Shown: positions 57,083 to 64,000 of the stretch, one piece after another | Numbering within the stretch: the first letter of the stretch is position 1 | How the letters are laid out: each line of letters opens with the position of its first letter | IMG/VR virus record: IMGVR_UViG_3300032163_000003 | Span: 1-64,000 of that record | Length of the DNA: 64,000 nucleotides | Source of the DNA: a virus | Direction: 5' to 3' (one strand) | Notes under the pieces: model-generated | What the model saw: only the letters and a program-made list of their open reading frames with translations | Databases searched by the model: none | Told to the model about the DNA's origin: nothing | Program-made: the position numbers and the translations under genes

Positions 57083-57271
57083 TTATTTTAATATGTTACT
57101 AGCGTATATTAGAAACAAGGTCGCGAATATGCCAACTATTTGAAAAAAAGCTTTTATATTATTTTTAACATTCTTTTTTCTTTCTAACTTAAAATAGAAC
57201 TTAGTATAATCATTACAATCCTTACTACAAATCTTTTGAATTAAGCAAGTATTACAAGGATTTATTATCAT
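57083..57271 (-). CDS. Small Cys-cluster family protein with C-terminal TM
   Basis: NPCNTCLIQKICSKDC. Confidence 0.5.
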   Translation of the reverse strand: MIINPCNTCLIQKICSKDCNDYTKFYFKLERKKNVKNNIKAFFQIVGIFATLFLIYASNILK

Positions 57272-57503
57272 AAGACTTTTTCCTCTTTAATTGTAAAGTA
57301 ATAAGGACCGGAGTCCCACTCAAGTATTTTTATCCCGTTCCATTTATCTGCTTTTCGTTTAGCGTACTTCTCGGCGTATGTTTTGGCTTTGTCTCTATCG
57401 CTAAATAGTTTAACCCACATAAAGTCAGTATGTTCGGAACCCATAGGACCGCCGAGAGAACCAGCGTTTTCACAGATTAGTAGATAGATTTTGTTCATTT
57501 CTT

Positions 57504-58127
57504 TCACCATGTTAAAGATTGTTCTTTCCGTTCTAATTTTCTTCCTAAGAAGAAGTTTGTAAATTCTAACATTGGATGCATTTTTATGAAGTTAATTTCA
57601 TAATTCCATTCATCTGTAATTAATTGTTTATTCTTTGATGTTCCTTTTGGTGTTCCTGGGGGTGTTGGTTTTCCTCTAACTCTTTTATATTCCTCTTCTG
57701 TTAACCAACCAAATAATTCAATTACTTTGTAGTCATCATAACATCCACCAAAAATCCAATAGTTTGGTTTCTGATCATATCCCCTTAGAGGTATTAAAAT
57801 ACTCCAATCTAACTGCTGGGAATAATAACCTCTTACTTTTTTCGAAAGAATATTTTTAGTTTTAACTTCAGTTTTAAATCCTTGAGTTATTACATCACAA
57901 TCGTAATCCACTCGATCTTCGATAAAATCACAATGTCTAATTCCCATCTTTCTTACCCAGTCTTCGAATCCAGTACATACATATGCATGTCTTTTGCTTT
58001 CACCAACTGGATCTTTTAAACCTTCTTTATTGAGAATGTTTTTTTGATACCGTCTTTCCGATATTTCTTGAATTTCTTTTGTAGTTGGGAAACGAATCAT
58101 TTGGTTCACGGATTGTATGTAGGACAC
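57504..58127 (-). CDS. Putative PD-(D/E)xK nuclease
   Basis: FE...YDCDV...TEVKTK...YWIFG...GW. Confidence 0.55.
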   Translation of the reverse strand: MSYIQSVNQMIRFPTTKEIQEISERRYQKNILNKEGLKDPVGESKRHAYVCTGFEDWVRKMGIRHCDFIEDRVDYDCDVITQGFKTEVKTKNILSKKVRGYYSQQLDWSILIPLRGYDQKPNYWIFGGCYDDYKVIELFGWLTEEEYKRVRGKPTPPGTPKGTSKNKQLITDEWNYEINFIKMHPMLEFTNFFLGRKLERKEQSLTW

Positions 58128-58147
58128 CTATTCTCCTTTCAAAGTTG

Positions 58148-58675
58148 TTAAAACGTCTGAATTCTATCCGCAGGCTCTAAAATCGAAGTCTTCAAACTTC
58201 CCGCTTCAGTTGCTTTTTTAACCCAGTCTAGATCCCGAACTTTTGCTTTTAACTCTGAGACATCATTTTCCAATTTATCAGTTGTGTCTTCTAAGTCGGT
58301 TGTTCTTGAATCTAGATCTTCTTCAACCGTTTCTCTATCATCTGCCGATCCTTCTAGTTTATCTACTTTTTCCTTGATCTCGTCTCCGTTACATTCCAGT
58401 TTATCTGTTTTTGATTCTAGATCATCTAGTCTGGAATCAAGGCTTTGAGTTGTTGTCTCAAGTTCTTCTACTTTACTTTCAGCATCGTCTAATCCAGATT
58501 CCAGATCATCTAATCTGGTTTCTGAGTTTTCCGATGTTGGTTGAACTTCATCTAAGGTTGACTCTAAGTCACTTACTTTTGACTCAGCATCATCTACTCT
58601 AGATTCCATATCTTCAATTCTTTTTTCCAAAGTGTCGATTCTTTGGAATAGTTCTGTTTTTTCTTCGTCTGTCAT
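58148..58675 (-). CDS. Acidic coiled-coil heptad-repeat protein
   Basis: Repeated (R/K)xDDLES heptads; C-terminal KVRDLDWVKK. Confidence 0.65.
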   Translation of the reverse strand: MTDEEKTELFQRIDTLEKRIEDMESRVDDAESKVSDLESTLDEVQPTSENSETRLDDLESGLDDAESKVEELETTTQSLDSRLDDLESKTDKLECNGDEIKEKVDKLEGSADDRETVEEDLDSRTTDLEDTTDKLENDVSELKAKVRDLDWVKKATEAGSLKTSILEPADRIQTF

Positions 58676-58878
58676 TGTTTCTCCTCAATCTTCTTGACCA
58701 GCTCTTCTGCTGTCAGCATATTTTACTGTTCCATGTTTTAAAGAAACTCGATATCCTCTCCATCTTAGTTCTTCAGCTACTTTTCTTGTGAAGTTTGGGG
58801 ATAGACTTGTTTCAATTGGCGCAATAAGTTTCTTTAATTTTCTTGATTTCATTCTAGGAATACTTTGTTCTAAATTGT

Positions 58879-59001
58879 TCATTGTTTCTCCTTCTTCGGA
58901 TACAGTATGGTTACCCAGTCGGAATATGCTTTGTTGAATCCAACCAGGTAACCGTACCAGTACCCGAATAGTGCGATTACAAGTAGTAGGATAGGTAGCA
59001 T
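58879..59001 (-). CDS. Unannotated 40-aa membrane peptide
   Basis: MLPILLLVIALFGYWYGYLVGFNKAYSDWVTILYPKKEKQ; stop overlaps next ATG (ATGA). Confidence 0.5.
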   Translation of the reverse strand: MLPILLLVIALFGYWYGYLVGFNKAYSDWVTILYPKKEKQ

Positions 59002-59363
59002 ATCAATTATTTTCTTGCTCTTCGAATATCAGTAAGAGAAAGCCCATCTAATTCAGTAAGATTTAATCTTTTGTTTATGTTAATTAAAGGTTCAATATTT
59101 GGATAATATGCAGCATTTTTTATCAACTGCTCAAGGAAGAACTTAGACTTGATTGGATCTGAAAGTCTAAAATTATCGACTGCGTCTTGAGTTCTTTGGT
59201 CTAAGTTTCCTTCTTTATTAGAGTCTCTAAATTCTCTATAAGTAGTTTCTAAAAATTCTTGTCTAAGTTTTTGAATATCCAGTCGAGGTGTTAAAAGGTC
59301 CTCTAAAAACTGACTAATTCTTTCCAGCTCTTTCTCTATTTTTTCACTCATTCTTCTTTCCTT

Positions 59364-61883
59364 TCATTTTAAGAATCCAAACTTATAAACTCCCTCTCTT
59401 AATCGTTCACTAAACTTTTTATATAACTCATTAAACGTTTTTAACTCTTCTGGATAAATCTTCTTTAACATTGGTTTTAACTGAGCCCATCCAGAATCCC
59501 ACGCATTTAGGTGACACTCTTTATATTCTTCATGAAATGTTTGTCTTACAGACATAGACTTTCTAATTAACTCTTTTGCGTATTCTAAAATTCTTTTTGC
59601 GTCATCTGAAATATGAACTGTTTCTAGAAGTTTATATACATACCTATCTTCTGGGAATTGTTTGGAATCTTGATACATTTCATTAAATCCGCATTTATTC
59701 GCTAATTCTGACATCTCTTTGTTTGACATAAAAAAGAACTGGTTAAAGACTTTCCATAAATTATTTCTGTATGAAATATTTCTTAAACTAGATTGTTGGC
59801 TAGCACTTTCAAAAAGAGAGTAAATTATACAATCTAAATTCCATTGTTGATAATCTTTGTGATTGACATTTGGTTTTAAATATTCGTCATTAGAATTCGA
59901 CCAGTTATAGTAGAATGTTGATAACTTTCTTGCTGAGAATGCCGCTACAGTTTTTAGAAAATTTTCTTCGGTAATTGGGAATCCATTATATTCAACTGAG
60001 CCGGTTGCTGTAAGCATTGAAACTCGTAAAATACTTTCATACATTACATTCCCTGAATAATATAAAAATCCCAACTGATTTGGAAGACTTTTTCCTTTTC
60101 TTCCATCATCTGAAATAACTAAAGCACTTTTTAATCTTAAACCATCAGAAAACTTAAGACCTTTTATTTCTTCTCTAACCCAGTCAGCACAATTTTCTAG
60201 GGCATCAACATTGTATAAGATTTTCTTTCCTACGGTTTCTATTTCTCCAAATTTTGAAACGTCTTTTAGTTCAACCTCAAAAACGTTTTTTTCTTCACTA
60301 TTTCCTGATTCCCATACTGAAAACATTAATCCCCAATTTCCAGACACGTCGGCAAAATGGGAAGCATTGAATACCATTCCCCCTAAAAATTTAAACTTAC
60401 TTAAAAACTTACTTCTAAAATCTTTAAATGATCTGGTTGTTAGAAACGACGTTGGAGAAAAGAAAGCTATTTTTATATTTTCATTTTTGTACTGTTCTGG
60501 TAACTGTAGAATTCTGTATAAGAATTGAGCATATAGTTGAGAAGATGGAAGACCAAGTTTTTCTCTTAACATGCATTCATTTATTTTGTTTCTTGATATT
60601 CCAGATCTAGATTTTTTACTAATATTTTTACTTTTTAGCTCTCCGGCGGTTCCATACGGCGGATTCATTATTACTATAACAGATTTATTATCTTCTAAAT
60701 TTTTAACTAAACTTCCTGCAAATTTTCTCAACTTTTCTTCTTCAAATGTTGGTCTACCTTGATCCCAAACATCATCGTTTAAAAAGTCGTATTGAAAAGC
60801 TGGGGTTTTTTTATAATATCCCATATCATTAATTGTATCTACATCTCCATGCTCAAGAGTACATAGAAATAAATTTTCAATTGGATAATCTTTAGAAAGA
60901 TTTGCTGTTCCGCATCCAGGATAAAACCAAGTAAGATCGGTATAACAAGTTGATCCAAAAATTTTTGAAATCATTTTATGAATTTCATCTGCCCAGATCT
61001 TAGGTGTAAAGAAAGCTCCAGTTCGACGTCTATACAACTCTTCTAAAACTCTATCTTTACAAGAAGTTAGAATTCTCAACTCTTCAGATGTATAATCTTG
61101 TTTGAACTGAGAAAAGAAAGAAACAAACAGATTTGCGTTTACTTTAAATGAATCTCCTCTACAGATTAATGTATTCGCCTTTTTTGGATGCAAGAATACA
61201 TTATCTTTATCTGTTAAACAACTAAAGAAAATATCAACCAATCTACTTATTCTTTTATTTTCTTTAATCTCAGTTGGTGCTTTTCTTTCTGTAATAACGT
61301 TATCCTTAAAGTATGTGAAAATTGGGACAATATTAGTTGGGCTAATACTAATAGAAAACGTTTCACCAGAATAGATTGCTTTCATTTTTTCTACCACCTG
61401 AGAGAAATCAAAATTTTTATCAATATCATAAATAAATGGTTGAATTTCAATGTCCGTAGAAAGTTCTTTTACTAGATCTGGATACTTACCTGGAGCTTTT
61501 GATGGTGCTATGTTCCAATCTAAGTTTCTAGACAAATACTTAAAAATGGACTTGACTGAATTACAAAAACAACCGAACATATCACCTGCAAAAACTGAAG
61601 ATGGAAATCCAGTACCTTTCTCTTCTAGTTTCTTTAAGTAAAACAGAAGTTGAACAAGAATTTCTGCTTGGTTGATTTTTTCTTTTAAGTTAAATTTGTG
61701 TTTAAATTCCATTAAAAATACATAAGGCTCGGATTCGAGAAGTCCATCAACTTTATTTGGGGATGATATTGTTGATGGAAAGTAATGACTAAATGCTTGT
61801 CTATAAGCATTTTCTACATCTTTTTCACTCTTAGCTATTGACAAAGACTTAGCTAAATTTTTGTTCATACTTTTCTTTGTCAT
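59364..61883 (-). CDS. Type IIG-like restriction-modification fusion (nuclease + amino-methyltransferase)
   Basis: N-terminal E...VDGLL...MEFK; GAFFTP, YPGCGTANL (motif I), NPPY (motif IV), LYAQF. Confidence 0.8.
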   Translation of the reverse strand: MTKKSMNKNLAKSLSIAKSEKDVENAYRQAFSHYFPSTISSPNKVDGLLESEPYVFLMEFKHKFNLKEKINQAEILVQLLFYLKKLEEKGTGFPSSVFAGDMFGCFCNSVKSIFKYLSRNLDWNIAPSKAPGKYPDLVKELSTDIEIQPFIYDIDKNFDFSQVVEKMKAIYSGETFSISISPTNIVPIFTYFKDNVITERKAPTEIKENKRISRLVDIFFSCLTDKDNVFLHPKKANTLICRGDSFKVNANLFVSFFSQFKQDYTSEELRILTSCKDRVLEELYRRRTGAFFTPKIWADEIHKMISKIFGSTCYTDLTWFYPGCGTANLSKDYPIENLFLCTLEHGDVDTINDMGYYKKTPAFQYDFLNDDVWDQGRPTFEEEKLRKFAGSLVKNLEDNKSVIVIMNPPYGTAGELKSKNISKKSRSGISRNKINECMLREKLGLPSSQLYAQFLYRILQLPEQYKNENIKIAFFSPTSFLTTRSFKDFRSKFLSKFKFLGGMVFNASHFADVSGNWGLMFSVWESGNSEEKNVFEVELKDVSKFGEIETVGKKILYNVDALENCADWVREEIKGLKFSDGLRLKSALVISDDGRKGKSLPNQLGFLYYSGNVMYESILRVSMLTATGSVEYNGFPITEENFLKTVAAFSARKLSTFYYNWSNSNDEYLKPNVNHKDYQQWNLDCIIYSLFESASQQSSLRNISYRNNLWKVFNQFFFMSNKEMSELANKCGFNEMYQDSKQFPEDRYVYKLLETVHISDDAKRILEYAKELIRKSMSVRQTFHEEYKECHLNAWDSGWAQLKPMLKKIYPEELKTFNELYKKFSERLREGVYKFGFLK

Positions 61884-61914
61884 TTCTCCTCCTTTGTGGT
61901 AAGATTATTTCTTA

Positions 61915-62637
61915 TCAAATGAATTCCTTGACTATACTCTTCGCAAATCCCTCAAAGTAAAACTTCCAATAATGGTCACGATCTATATCGCCAGCATCCA
62001 TCACTCTCGCCATCGTCTTAGAGATCCTCGTGGGTCCATATCCTTTTAACATCACAGATCCTTCTTTGTCATCCTCCGGTACATAGTACAATAGAGAATT
62101 TTTAGAAGTAAAAACCTCTTCTCGGATCTTCTGTAATGACTCAAATACCGCCCACTTACTCAGAAAGTTTATTTTAAGAATTTTGGCAAAAATTTCATCA
62201 ATCATTTCATACCTTTGGGGTACCCCTTTTATGGAGATCTCACTGTTCTGGTAAAGTGCCAAGAACTTATCTCGGTTAAAGGACGACAGAAAAGTTTGAA
62301 TGATTCCCCGCAGTTCCAAAGGTAAAAATTCGTCAGTTCCAACCATCGGTTTCGACACGATTATACCATCATACTGTCTTAAGATCACCGACGATTCATC
62401 AATATTATTTCTCGTCAGATACTCGTTTATTGTTGATTCCGTTATTGTCCTCAGCATGGATGTTAGATTTGGATTGTCTCGCATTAGTAGCCCGATTCGA
62501 ATATTTCTTTGCTCTTTATTATTCGGGTCAAGACCAGATAAGTCTACTCCAAGTCCTTTTAGAATATTGTAGTGACAAGATGATACGTCGTATAGAAATA
62601 AATCTCTTAAGAAAAGTTTCTCACTATTTATTTTCAT
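61915..62637 (-). CDS. Divergent family-B DNA polymerase palm-like subunit
   Basis: LYDVSSCHYNIL (motif A-like), RQYDGII (motif C-like), IKGV, terminal ID..HY. Confidence 0.55.
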   Translation of the reverse strand: MKINSEKLFLRDLFLYDVSSCHYNILKGLGVDLSGLDPNNKEQRNIRIGLLMRDNPNLTSMLRTITESTINEYLTRNNIDESSVILRQYDGIIVSKPMVGTDEFLPLELRGIIQTFLSSFNRDKFLALYQNSEISIKGVPQRYEMIDEIFAKILKINFLSKWAVFESLQKIREEVFTSKNSLLYYVPEDDKEGSVMLKGYGPTRISKTMARVMDAGDIDRDHYWKFYFEGFAKSIVKEFI

Positions 62638-62834
62638 TTCGGTTTTGGATCCAGTGTTCTTGCAAATTCTGGTGTATGACCATACCAATTTTCTCGACGA
62701 CTTACTGCTACATCAAAGGATTTTAAGCAACCCGTTAAAAATTGAGCAAGAATAAAATCTGGAGTGTCTGATCCATTTTCCTTGCTATATCTATTAATTA
62801 AAAACTCCAGTTCCTTTTTAAACGTTACTTTCAT
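62634..62834 (-). CDS. Conserved small phage protein
   Basis: LINRYSKENGSDTPDFILAQFL. Confidence 0.55.
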   Translation of the reverse strand: MKVTFKKELEFLINRYSKENGSDTPDFILAQFLTGCLKSFDVAVSRRENWYGHTPEFARTLDPKPK

Positions 62835-63189
62835 TTTTCTTGTCCTCTATTCGTCTCAAAAGTTTCCTACGTTTTTGTTCCATCACAATTCCATCTGTTC
62901 CAAAAATATTACCTTCTGTGATTAATTTTCGAACTAGTTCTGTTAGTTGTCCTAGAAATGGAAGATCACAACCAGCAGGTCGAGAACCGGTAATTCTACT
63001 TACCCAGTCTATCTTTCCTGTTCCTTTACATTTTGGGCATAGAAGGTAGTAGTATTCTTTCTTTTCTTTCTCTTTTTTTCTGCTGTCCCAACCTAGTACA
63101 GTCATTCGTCCAGGACCACATCCTTCCCCAGAACATAGATTACATTCTTCAGTATTGATTTTCATATGGTTCACCAAATGCCCAGTCAT
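62818..63189 (-). CDS. DnaJ-like zinc finger/DW family protein
   Basis: INTEECNLCSGEG...CPKCKGTGKIDWVSRITG. Confidence 0.6.
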   Translation of the reverse strand: MTGHLVNHMKINTEECNLCSGEGCGPGRMTVLGWDSRKKEKEKKEYYYLLCPKCKGTGKIDWVSRITGSRPAGCDLPFLGQLTELVRKLITEGNIFGTDGIVMEQKRRKLLRRIEDKKNESNV

Positions 63190-63415
63190 TTCCTGTACTC
63201 ATAATGAAAAAACCATACCCAGTTTCCTTTTCCCACCTTTTAACTAATGTTGTCATAAACGGAACTTCTCTTGGATCAAAAGATCTGGTAACTTTCTTTA
63301 CCCAATCTATTTCACCAAAACCACAGCAACTCTTACATCTATAGATTGTACGTTCTTTTTTGAATACATATCCTCTGCCGTTACATTCTTTACAATCTTC
63401 AGTATTTATTTCCAT
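63149..63415 (-). CDS. DnaJ-like zinc finger/DW family protein
   Basis: INTEDCKECNGRG...CKSCCGFGEIDWVKKVT. Confidence 0.6.
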   Translation of the reverse strand: MEINTEDCKECNGRGYVFKKERTIYRCKSCCGFGEIDWVKKVTRSFDPREVPFMTTLVKRWEKETGYGFFIMSTGNDWAFGEPYENQY

Positions 63416-63642
63416 TTTGTTTTCTTCCAGTCGTAAAGCGTTATTGTATTAGTTTCATAATACCTATCAAGTAACTGAGAATCGGATGGAAATCTTCTTT
63501 CTCTATTTGGTCCAACAACATTTTCTAACCAATCTAATCCTCCGCAGCCAAGACATTTTGGACATCTTCGAAGAACTTTCTTGCGACTTAACAAATACCC
63601 TTTTCCGTTACATTTTTCACAGTCTTCAGTGTTTATTTTCAT
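63406..63642 (-). CDS. DnaJ-like zinc finger/DW family protein
   Basis: INTEDCEKCNGKG...CPKCLGCGGLDWLENVVG. Confidence 0.6.
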   Translation of the reverse strand: MKINTEDCEKCNGKGYLLSRKKVLRRCPKCLGCGGLDWLENVVGPNRERRFPSDSQLLDRYYETNTITLYDWKKTKWK

Positions 63643-63645
63643 TTC

Positions 63646-63906
63646 TCACTCATATTTACTTACTCGGTAAGTAACTACTTTTCTAAGGAACTTTTCTTCT
63701 CCACCATTGTCTATTTCATATAGTCTAATTAACTGATCCGAACTTGGTATTCTTCCGGTTCTTTTTGGTCCAACAACTACTTCTACCCAATCCAGCTCTC
63801 TCTTTCCATAACATTTTGAACAACGAGTAATAGTATTTTCTTTAACTATTAAATATCCTTTTCCGTTGCATTTTCTACACTTTTCTCTTTCTTCGTAATT
63901 TTTCAT
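63646..63906 (-). CDS. DnaJ-like zinc finger/DW family protein
   Basis: CRKCNGKG...CSKCYGKRELDWVEVVVG. Confidence 0.6.
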   Translation of the reverse strand: MKNYEEREKCRKCNGKGYLIVKENTITRCSKCYGKRELDWVEVVVGPKRTGRIPSSDQLIRLYEIDNGGEEKFLRKVVTYRVSKYE

Positions 63907-64000
63907 ATCTTCTCCAAAAGTGGACGTCCAGATTTCTCCAGACGCCCAACTCGGTTATTGTTTTGTCAACATAAAGATAATTACTGAATCTATCATAACA

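Noticed and set aside
333-63674. Numerous short antisense or alternate-frame ORFs in the track (e.g. 4756-5097, 10439-11713, 24376-25167, 38920-42833)
   Set aside because: They overlap well-supported genes on the opposite strand, lack RBSs and have shadow-ORF composition.

Overview
This is a 64-kb, AT-rich, densely coding segment of a large (jumbo-type) contractile-tailed dsDNA phage. The host is bacterial, judged from a peptidoglycan-cleaving M15 domain, a class II CCA-adding enzyme and AGGAG ribosome-binding sites; translation uses the standard code. Virion genes include the tail tube, a tail chaperone with a probable programmed frameshift, gp25/gp6-like baseplate wedge proteins, a mosaic tail fibre, a tape-measure-like lysin and the terminase large subunit. 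An RNA-repair set comprises intein-containing RtcB, an ATP-dependent RNA ligase, the CCA enzyme, a HAD phosphatase, a split nucleotidyltransferase and two tRNAs. The window also holds a radical SAM enzyme, a restriction-modification-like fusion, a divergent PolB fragment, six free-standing homing-type endonucleases and many small ORFans. The most notable structures outside standard annotation are: (1) eight genes sharing an N-terminal M(K-x)FSFYxLxExL leader fused to unrelated payloads, two of them directly behind paralogous endonucleases; (2) two recurring promoter-like motifs (CTATATATAT..TGA and GAACAAAwTATA) that largely separate non-structural from virion genes; (3) two candidate ribosomal frameshifts; (4) an HNH ORF that reads through a tRNA-Ile(UAU) gene; and (5) a nine-member DnaJ-like zinc finger/DW-helix family. 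All calls come from reading motifs by eye; no database searches were run.
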